This document shows, in pieces, positions 15,625-34,230 of a stretch of DNA of 64,000 nt. The stretch comes from the human T2T-CHM13v2.0 reference genome, Homo sapiens. Under the pieces are notes generated by a model. It was not told the DNA's origin and ran no database searches. It saw nothing but the letters and a program-made list of their open reading frames with translations. Numbering within the stretch: position 1 is the stretch's first letter; each line of letters starts with the position of its first letter. The stretch is from assembly GCF_009914755.1 (NCBI RefSeq), contig NC_060927.1; one strand, given 5' to 3'. The position numbers were made by a program, and so were the translations under genes.

Positions 15625-17301
15625 CCCCATACCCATTAGTCATAGGGATCAGAGAAGAAGTATCTTTGTTTTTGTTTGTTCTGGAGTTACAAAGTTGCTT
15701 GGATGAAAATCTGGGGCTACCAGGAAACCTCATGCCAGACAGAAGAGTTGGAGAGAGACATACTCCAATGTCACTGTCTGAATTATGAAATGCCATTGAA
15801 CCTGAAGTCATTCCCTGGCCTTTTCAGTTACTGAGTCTATAATTTCCGTTTCTGCTCAAGCTGGTTCTGATTTTTAAACAAAACTTTATTTGCAAACAAA
15901 AATATCCTATCTAATATGTCAGTTTGTGTGAGAAAGGATAATTGGAATCTGACACCATTAGTCCACTGACCAACACTGTTCAAGAATGTGGGTGCTTATA
16001 AACACAGGATTGGAGAGTTTGGTGGGGCTCTAGGTGCAAAGACGGGACAAGGGCATAGGTGCCAGGGATTCAGTCGTGAGGAAATGGATAATTCCTGCAG
16101 TAGTAGGGTATCAGACAGGAGTTTTGTAATCAGTAAATCAGAAGGGGTCCCAGATAACTGGCATTCAAAGGCCAGAATGGGACAGTGGCAAAGCTGATGC
16201 TATATCCAACTTGAAACAAATGTTCTTCCAAATGCCTTCTGCCGTGCAGCCAGATACAAGGCAGGGCTTAACCTGGGATTCAGGAATGTAGACTTGGGGA
16301 GCCCTGTTTAGGAGTCCCGTTGAAAATGAAACTATATCCTGGAATAGGTCCAAATGAAATATGAGCTTATATGTGAAACTGTGCCTATAAAATACAAATT
16401 GTGACACAGTTGGATGATCACCTAACTGGTGAGCTTGTACATATGTATTGGTGACTTTGTGGAGGGTTTTATTGACTGTGAGGGTGGAATAAAGGAAATA
16501 TGTCCACCAATTTAAGGAAAAATTTGTGGAAGCAGGATCCCAATTTTTGTCTTTAGGAGAAGCTTTGCGTTTTATCTCAAAACTATCACTTTCATCACAG
16601 AACATTTCACATACTGAATGAATGCCAGACGCACCATAAAATCACAACAGAGGCAATGTATTGCAGTTTTCCAAAATTCTGACAGCTGGGCATAGCACTA
16701 AACCATTTGTCATAAAGTAAGAGGACAAACTTGAAGACCAGCTCATCTCCTCCTAAATTTAGTGAGGTTTGCACTAAAGAAAAAATATTTCCTCATAACT
16801 CCTCATCCTTCTCTAATTCAGCCTCTAGAAACAATTCAGTTTCAGTTCAAATATTTCTTGAGCATCAAATACATGCAGAGGCCTTACAAGGAAGTCAAAT
16901 ATGAAAACACCATGGTTCTGACCTTCGAAAAATTTGCAGCCTGGACCTGGCATCTCTCAAAAAGAGAAGAGTAATCACTTTATTTGTCACCTCATAGTCA
17001 ACTCTGCAATTGAGGAATTACACATTTCTTTCACACACATGCTGGTTTCTGTTTTTAATCTTTTATCAATCTGTATGTCAGAGCTCCTTGGATACCTGAT
17101 GATTTTTCTTAAATTTGCATTCACTGCAGTAATTATTTTTTGAATGTCTATCAGGTATTGGATGTCAGAGCTGGGTGTGTGGCCTATGTAGGCCCACAGG
17201 ATTCAGTGCTCAGAAGGGCCTCATGCTTGGTTTAGTGTTCTGCTGTCTCACAATTCTTAATCATTTTTGAACAAGGAATCCCACATTTTCATTTTGCATT
17301 G

Positions 17302-17980
<679 letters not shown>

Positions 17981-19049
17981 GAGTCTGGTAAATTATGTAG
18001 CTAGCTCTGCTGGGCATGGTGCTAAGTGGTGGGGGAACAGCAGTGAGCAGGAGAGGTATCCAGAGGGTGGCATGAAACAAAAAATAATTTAATTCATAAA
18101 TGAGGTAATTTCAGACAAGAGTAAGACTTAGGAGGAAAATAAAGCAGGAGGACATGATAAAGAGGGGTGGAGAACGCTGTATGGGGAGAGTGAGCTCCTG
18201 GATTAAGACTGGAGGTCAGGAAAGAGCCAGCCACAGGTTAGTTGGTTTCAGGACCATTTCTGCCTTGTTCAGGGCTATAACACGTGGAACCTGGAAAGTT
18301 CTCAACTAATATTTTGAATGAATAGAACTTCTGTTTAAAAAGGAAAAGTACCAAATACAGAAAATTAATTCATAATTTAGTACAAACTGGGACTGACCGA
18401 TAAGGAACATTTAAGTTTATTTAAGGTCTCCTTCAGGATCACATGTTTTAGCAGCTGGAGGGGGTGCACTATGTCCAGGAAAAACAACCCTGATGGAAAA
18501 GTTCATTACTCATATTCCCCTCTAGACAGAAAAAGAGGGAAAACTTTTGTGCTCGGCGAATTTTCTTGCTTTCTTAACCATAAATGGAAAAACAGAGATG
18601 AAAAGAGGTAGGGAGAGAAGCAGGCATGATAGGGGTTTCCTTTCTGTCTGTTTCACAGGTTGAAGGCCATGACTTTTGACTTGGTTTTACCATAAGGCAC
18701 GTGCAGTTTTTTAGGTGACGCACATAAACTTTGTAAAATTGAGTCTCATCTCTGTGTTTGGAAAAATGAAGAGAAAAGGGTATTCAAAGTTCATTCTTGA
18801 AATCCATTTTACAAATGGGAAACTGAAGCACGGAGATGTCTGGTAGCATAAGTCTCCCCAGTTGGGGGTAGAAGAACAGGATTTGAACCCAGGGCCCATG
18901 CTCTTACAAATGGCCTTTCCATTTGGCCATTGTAGACAAGGTGGAATGCATCCAGGGGTTAACACTCAGGCATTCTGTTAGATTTCCTTCCTGTCTTTCT
19001 GCAGAACCTGGCGTTTTGTTTTCCCCTTTCTCTCTCCCTTTGTATTCCT

Positions 19050-20990
19050 TTAAAACCAAAACAAAAAAGTTTTTGTAGTGGAAAATTTCAAGTACACACA
19101 AAAAGTCAAAGACCAGTGTCATAACCACCTCCCATTTTTCCACCTAGTTTCAAGTTATCAACACCTGGCTAATATTGTTTCATTTATATTCTTGCCTACT
19201 TTCTGTCCTCCTATATGTATTATTTTGAAGCAAAACCAAGACTTAAGTAATTTCATCTGTAAATAATTCAATATAAAAGATAAGGACTCTTTTTTAAACA
19301 TAACCCTAAATACTTAAAAAAGTTAACAGTAATTCCTTAATATCATCAGATCTCTAGTCTTCAAATATCCAATTATCTGATTAATGTCTTTTTTCCCCAA
19401 GTTTGTTTGAATCAAAATAAAAAAAAGCTCCACATTTTGCAACTGGTTGATATTTTCCTTAGGTCTCTGTTAACCTACAGGTTCCTGTTCCATCCATCTC
19501 TCTCTTTTTCTCTCCTCTCTCTCTCATTGCAATTCATTTGTTGAAGAAACTAGGCTGTTTATCCTGTAAATTCTCCTAGCACCTAAGTTTTGCTGATTGC
19601 ATTCCCTTGGTGTCACTTAAATGTTCCTCTGTTTACCATGGTTCCTGTAGGTTGGTTGAGTCCCAAGGCTTTATCAGATTTCAGTTAGATCTTTTTTGGC
19701 AATACTATCTCATAGGTCGCCACTTGTGTTTTTTCATTAGAAGAGCCATTTCTTTTTGTGACATTAGCAGCTGCTAATGCTCAACAGCTATATCATTTAA
19801 TTAATTAGAAGTGGCAGTATGATGGCATTCTAATTCTATTATCCCTTACTTACTAGTGAGAATATTTCTATAATGAGAGATTTTTTTCCTTATCTATTAA
19901 TTGGTTACCCAGTAGTATAATTCATACAAGAAAGGCAGAGAAAATGTTTGACTCTTTATCTTTATTTGCCAGTTTCCAAAATAACGAGTTGGGTACTTTC
20001 AAGGGTGGTCAAAGTGCATTTTGTCATTATGAACATATGCATTTAAATATAATTTATGTGTTTCAATCCATTAAAGTTATTTTCTTTTTTTAAAATTTTC
20101 TTTAGTGATATTCAGATTGGGCCATTTTGGTGAGTGAGAGCCTCTTCAAGCCAGTTTCCAAGTCCTTGTGACATGGTTTTAGTAGTATTTGTCAGCTTCC
20201 TTGCTACCAGTAGTATTTGTCAGCTTCCTTGCTACCTGGGATAAAAAGATGCTCATCTTGTGCATTTACTACTCAAAACCTGGGCAGTGTCTGTTACTGC
20301 TTTTTGTTTCATTTAGAAAATTACACTATAAATGATGCATAATAAAAATACATATTTTAGGTATTACAGCCATGTTATCCACATCCCCCCCAAGATATAA
20401 AACTTTTCCAGAAAGCTACCTCTGCCAATCTTTCCCTACCTCCCATAACAACCACTATTCAGATTTCTATCACAATAGATTAGTTTTTCCTGTTGTAGAA
20501 CTTCATACAAATTGAATTATGGAGTATGTATTTTTTAATACCTGGCTTCTTTTACTGAGCAAAATGTTTTTGATATTCATTCATGGTGTTGCATGTATTA
20601 GCAATTCATTCATTTTCTGATCGCTGAGTAGTATCCATTGCATGAATATAGTATAGTTTATTTATCTCCTCTCTTGTTAATGGAAATCAGTTGTTCTCAG
20701 TTTGGGGGTATTAGAAGTTATAAGCTATGAATATTCTTTTACAAGCTGTGTGTGTATGCATGTGTGTGCACATGCATATGTTTTCATTTCTCTTGAATAA
20801 ATGTGCATGAATAGAGCTAACAGATCATAGGATGAATGTACGTTTAACTGCCAAATAATTTCCTAAAAGGTCATACCATTTTACACTGCCAATATATGAG
20901 AGATCTGGTTATCCCACATCTTTGCCAAAATGTGGTATTATAGGTCTTCTTAATTTTAGTTATTTTAGTGACTGTGAAGTAGTAGAAGCA
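19050..20990 (-). mobile_element. Old L1M (L1MC/MD-like) 3' fragments
   Basis: T-rich antisense L1 3'UTR/ORF2-end motifs (GGAAAATTTCAA..., GCTGAGTAGTATCCATTG, ATTTCTCTTGAATAAAT). Confidence 0.65.
20181..20236 (+). repeat. Perfect 28-bp tandem duplication
   Basis: AGTAGTATTTGTCAGCTTCCTTGCTACC x2. Confidence 0.97.
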
Positions 20991-21049
20991 TTTGTGTTTA
21001 AGTGACTTTTTGTTTGCACAGGTATAGGTTTAGGTGATAATTGTAGATT

Positions 21050-21305
21050 AATAATAACAAGCACTTATATAGTACTTCATATGTGCCATACTCTGTTCCT
21101 GTTTATTATAAATATAAACTCCACAATAACTTTGAGGTCGGGACTATTATTATTATCTCCATTTTACAGATGAGAACACTGAGGCATAGAGAGGTTAAAT
21201 AACTTACATGAAATCACAGCCAGGAAGTAGCAGATGAAGGCTTTGAACCTACACAGTTTGGCTCCAAATTTCAGGCTCTTGACTTGTGTGCTCTTCTGCC
21301 TCTCA
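21050..21305. mobile_element. MIR
   Basis: Core CCATTTTACAGATGAGAACACTGAGGCATAGAGAGGTTAAATAACTT. Confidence 0.85.
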
Positions 21306-21383
21306 CAATTGTTAATTGGAATCCTTTCCAGTTCTCTAGCATTTCACTGAGACACTGGTAAATATTTCTGGTTAAGACAACTA

Positions 21384-21665
<282 letters not shown>

Positions 21666-22177
21666 CTATCATGTTAATTTAAAAATCCCATACTTTTTAA
21701 AATAAAGAACTGTGAATTTTAAACAATTTCTTTCTATTCCTGCCCATCTTATTCTGAACTTAAACATTTTCCTTATATCAGCACATCTCCAATTTTTATT
21801 ATATGTTTCCTAAAAAGTTTTTCATTTTGAATACTTTTGTTGTTGTTGTTGTTGGACAATTCTTCTATAAGTCCTGACCTTCAAGTCCTGAGCTTATATT
21901 GTATCAGAATGCTTTTTACAGTTAAAAAAAAAAAACAAACAAAAAGTGAAAATAACTTTAATAATATGGATCTATATTCTCAGTATCTCCAGGTAGGGCA
22001 GTGCCAAGGTTGGTGAGGTCAACAGATTAGCAATATCGTAAAAGTCCCAGGCTTCTTCTATTTTTCCACCCGGCCCATTCTTCTTACGTAACATTCCCTC
22101 ATGGTTGCAATATAGCTGCCACCCTTGAAGCTCTCACATCTCCACTCCAAAAAAAAGGATCACTTCTTTTTACCATG

Positions 22178-22835
<658 letters not shown>

Positions 22836-24430
22836 TCACCTCCAGCCTGAGCAGCTTCTTCCATTTACTCCAGGTGCCACACAAACACTATCATTTTCTG
22901 TGTATTCTATGACATCAGAGAAAGTAGGGAAGCACTGGGTTAGAGACCAATCAATCAGTATTTACCCAAGTTATATGGGCAAGGGGGTGATATTGATCCC
23001 TGAACCAAATCAGGCCTCTCAGGATGAAAGAAGCAAAGAATGGATGTTTAAATCAGGCTTAGAAAATGAACACAAAACAAGAGAACCCACAGGGAGCAAA
23101 GTAACAAGTTATGTCACGCGACTATCTTGCCTGTCCCACTCACCTCAGTTACTGCCTTGATGATTCTGACTTCCAAACATCCTGTCCTTTTAGCTCAAAC
23201 TCAGAAGACAGGAACATGCAAGTTTAGCCAAGCTGAACCAGGGGACAGACAGAGGACAAGCTGGCCCCTTGGTGGCCACGGCAGGAAGCATGCGCTGGGA
23301 CCTGCCATTTTGCCATCTGCCTGGTGGGCACCTCCAGAAGGGAGACTGGGTGCTAATGGTATGCCAGTGGTGAGTGAGCAGCTAAAAAATATGACAAAAA
23401 CATTCATTGGGAAACTTCCTGCAGCAATTCCAGTTTGCCTCTGAGTCAGCCTGGCTCTGGTTAAAGTCTATACACAAACAAATCTGTGGGTCAACCCATC
23501 TTCACCCTCAGGGCACTATCTCCAGAATAACCATGGCATTAATGGGATCAGCAGTTTCAATCATCTCCTGAGTAATCAGTTCTGGTGCCTCCCCAAATGA
23601 GACAAATGACAGTTTCATGGTCGCTCGTGGCTATGAAATCTCATCGAGACAATTCGACTCTGGTTAAATTATATTTAAGTTAATAAATATGAATTTAGAT
23701 GGCCAAAGAAGCTCAAAAACCCCTGGGCATCTAAGACAAAAAAGAAAAAATAAATGGTGCAGCATTCTGTTCTCCTACCCCAAGCTTTCTCACTTGTTTT
23801 TTTAAAAAAATAAATAAAGGCCTTGGTGATTCCTTCTCAGTTCATCTAAATGAAGTTTAGGCCATTTACAGAAGAGATAAAACAAAATTGCTGAAATTCA
23901 CTAAACAGTAAAGGAGGAAACCACAATATGAAACCGAATAGTATAGTGATTATAAAAAGCAATAACTATTCTCAGCCATTTCTAAAGCTTAAGATTTTAG
24001 TGCATAACAGAGAGGCTGTGTGAACATCTATCTTTATGGCACTTGGGTTTTAACCAGCAATGCTCTATATAAACCTATTTTAACTATACAAGGAAATTCC
24101 ATATCACTCTGAGATGACAAATATTCTCTAGGAGACTAAAACCTGCTCTCAAGTCTGGCTCTAAAATTGTTCTCAAACCAATTTATACTGTGACAAAACA
24201 CAGTATGTGTTTCCCCCAATGTTATCGGGCAAGAACAACTCCAGTATTCCAAGTATCATGGTCCTTAAGAAAGTTATGGAAATTGGACATCTCTACTAAT
24301 AAATGAAGTAAAATAAAAACAAATAAAATGTACATTTTTGGCCAGCAGACTGGTATAAATCAAAGTTGCTAGCTAGAATGTGGACAAGAATGATTCTTAT
24401 TCACTTGGTAGTAGCATAAATAGATACAAC

Positions 24431-24727
24431 CTTTGTTTTTTTTCTTTTTTTTGAGATGGAGTCTTGCTCTGTTGCCCAGGCTGGGGTGCAGTGAAGCAAT
24501 CTCGACTCACCACAAACTGCCTCCCGAATCAAGCAATTCTCCTGCCTTAGCCTCTGAATAGCTGGGATTACATGCGCACTTCACCACGCCTGGCTAATTT
24601 TAGTATTATTACAGACGGGGCTTCACCATGTTGGCCAGGCTCATCTTGAACTCTTGACTTCAAGTGATACACCCGCCTCGGCCTCCCAAAGTGCTGGGAT
24701 TACAGGTGTGAGCCACCGCACTCAGCT
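24431..24727 (-). mobile_element. AluS
   Basis: Full dimer with poly(T). Confidence 0.92.
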
Positions 24728-24866
24728 GTGGAATTTTCGGAAAACCAAATTCCTTCCAAATTCCAGCAATATCATTTCAAAGTATTCACTTCACAGAAAT
24801 GCTCCCACAAATGTTTTATGTATAAGAATGGTTACTGTAGCATTGTCTTAGTAAAAATTAGAAACA

Positions 24867-25229
<363 letters not shown>

Positions 25230-25390
25230 TTAATGTCCATCAATAGGAGACTGATGTAATTATTAAAAATTAATTATGGTTCATTCATACCATTGAATAT
25301 ACAACACTTATTAAAAATAATGACATATATCAGTATGTAAGACATGTAAGTAAATACATTTTAGAATAAATTATGTGGGGTGATCTCACC

Positions 25391-25425
25391 TCGTGATCAT
25401 GGTATCTCCCCTGCCAGGTAAGTAT
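25391..25425 (-). pseudogene. U1 snRNA 5' fragment (nt 1-35), tailless retropseudogene
   Basis: Minus strand reads ATACTTACCTGGCAGGGGAGATACCATGATCACGA, identical to U1 nt 1-35. Flanked by direct repeat GGGTGATCTCACCTC at 25378-25392 and 25427-25441. No poly(A). Confidence 0.93.
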
Positions 25426-25672
25426 AGGGTGATCTCACCTCTGTAAAAATTTATATTATAATGATATGATATGTATGTCACTATAGGTTTAGAAAATATC
25501 TGGCAAATATATGCCCTGTTAATAACCATTAAAGAACCTTCATGTTCTAAGCCATGCATATCTCTAACAATTAAATTTATTAACATATGTTGCTTTAATG
25601 ATAAAAACTCTATAGTTCTTAAAAGAGCACAAACACGACCTTTTTTTTCAATAGTATTCATATCAATAATAA

Positions 25673-25990
<318 letters not shown>

Positions 25991-26427
25991 TGAACAATCA
26001 TTTTTAAATGGACATACTAGACAAACACTTGGAGACACTACTACCTTCTGGCACTGTGTGAATGGACACAAAGTTAAATTAAACAGATCTTTATTCTCCA
26101 GAAATGGTCTACACAAGAGCCTGGATCAAATGTTTTGAATAGGACATTTTACAAAATTGTAAAAATATTATAGATATTCTTGCTATAAAATATTTGATTT
26201 CAGAATAATATGAAAGTAAGAGAAGCAGAAACTTCTCCTTCATCCACTTACACTTCCCAGAGGTAAAAATTATTTATTAATAATTTGGGCTATACATGTC
26301 CAGCCCCATCCCTCCACACATACATGAACACATACATACACACATTGCTTGCATATATCCATAACAATACACATACATACATATATACATACACATGTAC
26401 ACATCCCATATATTGTTTTGTACTTTG

Positions 26428-26526
26428 TTTTTGTTTTTACCCAAAAAATATATCATTGACAATTATCTGGGCCAATATTTTTGTTTTTACCCAAAAAATA
26501 TATCATTGACAATTATCTGAGCCAAT
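26428..26526 (+). repeat. 50-bp tandem duplication
   Basis: Period exactly 50, one mismatch (26470 G / 26520 A). Confidence 0.96.
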
Positions 26527-26969
26527 TTTCAACTCCATTCTCTCTCCTGATCTCATAGAATCCCATAGTACCGAGGTACTGTCATTTAATGAACTATTCT
26601 GTTTATTCTCACTGCTTTGCTATTTGAAATATGAAAATATGAAAATCCTTGCACGTGCGCCATTACATGAGAATGTCCTTAGGAGGATTTCCTGAAATGG
26701 AAATGCTTGGTCATAGAGAACAAATATCTTACATTTTGACTGGAAACAACTAGACTGTGCTATAAAAAGGTTGCAACAATTTATCAGATCAATCATAATT
26801 TAATGCTTCTGCTTTAAAATATCCATTTCCTCTCATTCTTATTTTAGGTAATTTCACCTATATGACATATATCAGTATGTAAAACATGTTATAGTCCCAT
26901 TTCTGGGATGCTTTTCCTTCTCTCTTTTTTTATTTTACCTCTTTTAGTGGCCAAGGCCTTTTTCTAAAC

Positions 26970-27200
26970 TATAATTTATTGAGTTCTTTTCATGTTCTAG
27001 GCATCTGTTTAAGCAGTCACATGGCACTCTCCCATTTAAACCCGACAACATCACGAGATATCATGTTCCCATTTTACAGATGAGGAAACTGAGGCTCAAA
27101 TGGGTTGAGAAACATGCTCTGAGTTACCCAGCCAGTAAAGGACGTGGGCCAGCATTGGAACTCATACCACCTGACTCCAATATCCTTAGCTCCCACAGGA
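26970..27200. mobile_element. MIR
   Basis: Core CCCATTTTACAGATGAGGAAACTGAGGCTCA. Confidence 0.8.
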
Positions 27201-27575
27201 TATGTGCAAATCACACAAAGGAAACAGATAAAGCTGTTCATCCCATTACAACATCTATTAGAACAGACTGATGACATTAGACAGCAGTAAATAATGAATG
27301 CAGCTGCTGTGGCTGAGGAAGGCACTGTGGTTTCCCAGGCCACATCCTCTGTCTTTTTTCTCACAGATCCCTCAAGCCTGTGCCTACCCCCCTTGTCGTT
27401 CTTGGACAGGTGCTTTGCATACTTCTTGAACAAATGCAATTGCCACATTTTGAGTATGTCTCACTCTTCTGCCTTACACTTGATACTCAGTCCTCCCCAG
27501 TGAAGTAGCCCATGGCATACTCCCACTTCACAGACAAGCCAGGCAAGCCAATAATGCGGGAGCTTCAGCACATAA

Positions 27576-27834
<259 letters not shown>

Positions 27835-29579
27835 CTTGTTTTCTTCTTTTTAATCAAAGGAAACAGATGAAGTTGTTTATCAAATTTTCATTTGCTAAAC
27901 TTCATCAAAATTAATAGTAATTTTCTAAAGAATACACCTATTATGGAGTCTAACCATATTATTTGCACTGATGATTTCAGAGTCATACTATAAGTTTAAA
28001 AGTAATGCTGAAGGTTGGTGGAAAAAAAGCGAAAGCTATCTTTAGTGAATATGTTGGCTCATGGTTTTACTTTCTGGAAAAACTTCAGATACACAGTCCT
28101 ATCTATACATAAATACATACATGTATTTGTACATTTTTCATATGTCATACATTAAGTATGCACACATATTTATTTCTTCATAGATTTAAGCATGACCTAT
28201 TTAGCTCAGAGAAAAAACAAAGAAAAGGCCAGGAGAAAAGAAAAAAGGGTAGAAAGAACATAATTAAATTTGATTTACTTAAAACACAATGCACAGATAA
28301 AAGTGTGGTGAATTTTTGTAACCTAATTTAGTATATAAGCCTGAAAAAATTAAACTGATGCAACTGTGTGCTGAATAAAGGAGACTGTTCAGATTCTGGC
28401 ACTAACATCTCAAGAAAAAAAAGATTTTTGAAACTCAGAGTTGGTTTCTGAAGTTTATTGAAGGAAAAACACATTCACTAAAAAATAAAAAAATCTCATT
28501 CCCAAAAAGAATTTGAGAGCAAAATCTTATGAGCTCGGCTGGAACTATATCTGGCATCAATACCTAGAAAGTTCAAAATATAAAAATCCTAAGGAAGAAA
28601 TAGCTTCATAAATTTAAGTATGATTTGACAGTTAAGATTCTTTGTATCCTGACCAAAATTGTTTCTAACTTAAACACTGAATTCATTTAAAAATTGGTAG
28701 TAGCCTATTTATTAAAAGAAAAGGTACTTTCTCCTGAGAAACATTTGGAAAATACCTGGTATGACTTTTTTCTTTAGCAATGATGATGGCAGATTCCGTC
28801 ATTATTTGATGGTGCTAATTAGACATAATAAGCAGCTCTTGTAACTTAAAGAGTCAAATTCTCTCTATATTGTCTGTGCTTGCAGAATTTTGAAAAGCTT
28901 GAACACAGCCAAAGAGTTGGGGAAAGCAAGCTTTTAATTAAACACTAATAAAGGCCAGAAATAAATTTTGCTTTTGCTTTTGTTCCTGTTTTTTTTTTTT
29001 TCTTTTGCTCCTAAGAATCCAGGAAAATCCAATCAGAAGGGCCGTTCATCCTTTAACTCCAGTGGATGGGAAAGACCTGAGACAGGGTCAGAATGATTAA
29101 AAAACGTACATAGAAATGCCAAAAAAAAGAGAGCAAACGGTCTGAAATGTCTGTCAGGAAAAACAGGGCACCTTCCAGAGCCCAACCACAGGGCCGGGTG
29201 CAGGAAATAGCGATCGCTTGACACTCAGGGCTGACAAGAACTGCAGAAGCTGCCAAGGTCCCCGCCCTGGGCTGGGCACGGGTGGGTACTTGCAGCTGGC
29301 AGTACACACAAGCTGGTGTCCTTGAGGGAGCCCACTGGCACCAGGGTTAGAGGAAATAACCTACCCTGCTATCTAAAGCAATGCTTTTCTGATGAAATGG
29401 TCGTTAGAGAAGCCAAACGAATGTATTCTCAATCAGCTTACACTGGCGTGGGCTATTTTCAATAATGAAAAAGAATAAACCCACACATACAAATGTATTT
29501 CAACATACATGGCTTTTTCCCCACATGAGGTTTCTAAAGCTTCACGGAATGCAAACGTTGCCTTCGGGCAGAGTTCTGC

Positions 29580-31643
<2,064 letters not shown>

Positions 31644-32455
31644 TTAAGCATTATATATGTGTGTATATGTGTGTACATACCTACATGTATACATACATAA
31701 ATATTCATTTATTTTTCACCATTACCTTAGAAGGCAGGTATAATATTAATATCTCCAATTTAAAAATGAGGCACAGATATGGAGTAACTTGCCCAGGGTT
31801 ATACACGTAATGGGTAGCAAAGCTGGGATTTGAACTCAGGCAGTGTGGTTCTAGTGTCTGTGCACTTAAACCCCTAAGATTTACAAGGATTCCCTTGTGC
31901 TGATGCAAACACCTCCATGATTTGACTTTAGGGATAACTGGGGTGAGAGGAGGAGAGAGAACTCTCAGCCAGGTGTTTGTAGATGCTTGCATGTTTGCAA
32001 TTAGAAATTAACAACTTCACCAAAGACTTTTTCTTCTTTTGAAGTGGAAAGGCTACTTAAAGAATAGATGTGGCAGTTTTACCGACCCTTTTTACTTTAG
32101 TTTAAATGAGTTTATCAAATCCAGCTATGTTTACAGAGTTTGGTAGAGGGAGAGATTAGAGACTAGGAGAGTGCTAGAAAGAAATGTAGGTAAATGTAGA
32201 AAAGGAAGAGGCTGACTTTAGGTAAGTGGCAAACTAAGTTCATCTCATTCAATGACTCAAGTGGATGAGATTAGGATTTAGACACATCTAAGCTCCAATC
32301 TTTGCTCATGAACAAATTAATTAACAACTGTGAACAATTTCTATATTTGCCAAATGAGTTTAATTATACCTATTTAACATCATTAGAAGAATTAAATAAA
32401 ATGGTGAATACAAAATGCTCAGCACTGTGTCTGACATATAGAGAAATGTTTATTA

Positions 32456-32775
<320 letters not shown>

Positions 32776-33837
32776 ATGCTTAAGATGAGCCAGGCAGCCT
32801 AGTGAAATCTTCATTTAGATAATCTTGTTTTGTCCCCTCACCAACCCTGGTAGGTAGGCACTATTATTTCCTCATCTTACAGAAGATAAAATGAGGCACC
32901 AAGAAGTCAAGTAACTTGTCCATGTCACACACCTATTAAGTAGGGTGTTTGGGCTTAAATCCTGGTCAGAGTTTGTACTCTAGCATGATAACTTTTGGCT
33001 TAGGATCAAGTCTTTGCAAGGGGTCCAAATTTTTACATTTGAAGAGCTACTATTTCTCCGTCAATGTTATCTTTAACCTTTATACCAAACTTAAAAGATC
33101 TTATTTTATCTTTTTATAGGTAAATAAACAGGCTTAGAAAGGGTAAGCAGCTTGGCTCAAGGTCGTATAGCCGATAAGTGATGGAGATTTTATTTTTATC
33201 CCAGGTTCAGCTGGCTCTAGCCCATTCTATTTCCCTATTTTATCAAGGACCTTTTCTCTCTTAGGTAATAAGCATCTAATCGAATTTTAATGAGACAAAC
33301 TAATTCCTGTAAAAATATTTGCTGGCTACACTACCCAAGGGTAGCATGATGCTTATAATAACCAGGTCTTCTTAGCAGTTGCAAATCTCAGGGTCAGATC
33401 AGAGGACAGCTTATACAGATGGGAAAGATAGCAGACATGGGGTCCTAGAGCTTTTGTGCATGAGGATATCGAGTTCTTAGTACTATGGAGTAAGGGTCAG
33501 AGTTAGGAGGAAGAAAATTTAACAATTTCCTGTCAGAGAGACAGAAATAAAGCAACTAAAAGTTGTAAGCATGTTTGCTTTTCTAGTATAAACCAGACAG
33601 TAGCATTAAGAGGCTAGTGCTGCCTGATAAAATCCTGTGCCATAAAACCATGTGCCCACAGTGTGTCTACACAGTGGTCAGTGGGCCCCTTTCCTGGTGG
33701 CCATCCAGTCTACAATTCTTCATCTGGGTGGTGAGAGGAATGAGTCAAGGCTTCTGCAAACTTCAGAAGCTTCAAAGGTTAAGAAATTACGTGCATAAGA
33801 AATTATGAACAATGCATACTTGAAGATAATTTGCCAG

Positions 33838-34230
33838 ACATCCATCCAACCATTCATCTATTCATCCAATTGCCTACCCACCAACCCACCCACCCATCCA
33901 ATCATCCATCCACCCACCCACCCACTTACCCATCCACCCATCCAAGCATCCATCCAACCAAACACCTACCTATCTATCCTACCTACCATTCATCCATCCA
34001 ACATCCATCCATCTAACAATCCACCCATCTATCCATTCATCCACCCACCCACCCACTTACCTGTCCACCCATCCATCCATTCATCCATCCACCCCATCCC
34101 ATCCATCCATCCACCCCATCCCATCCATCCATCCATCCATCCATCCATCCATCCATCCATCCATCCATCCTTCCTTCCATCCATCCAATGATCTATTTAA
34201 CCAAGCACCCATCTATTGGTCCATCCATAT
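33838..34230 (+). repeat. Degenerate (CCAT)n/(CCAC)n tetranucleotide array at an L2 3' end
   Basis: About 390 nt, with a perfect CCAT core ~34122-34169. Confidence 0.95.

Noticed and set aside
33805-34191. 128-aa His/Pro-rich ORF
   Set aside because: Translation of the (CCAT)n repeat.
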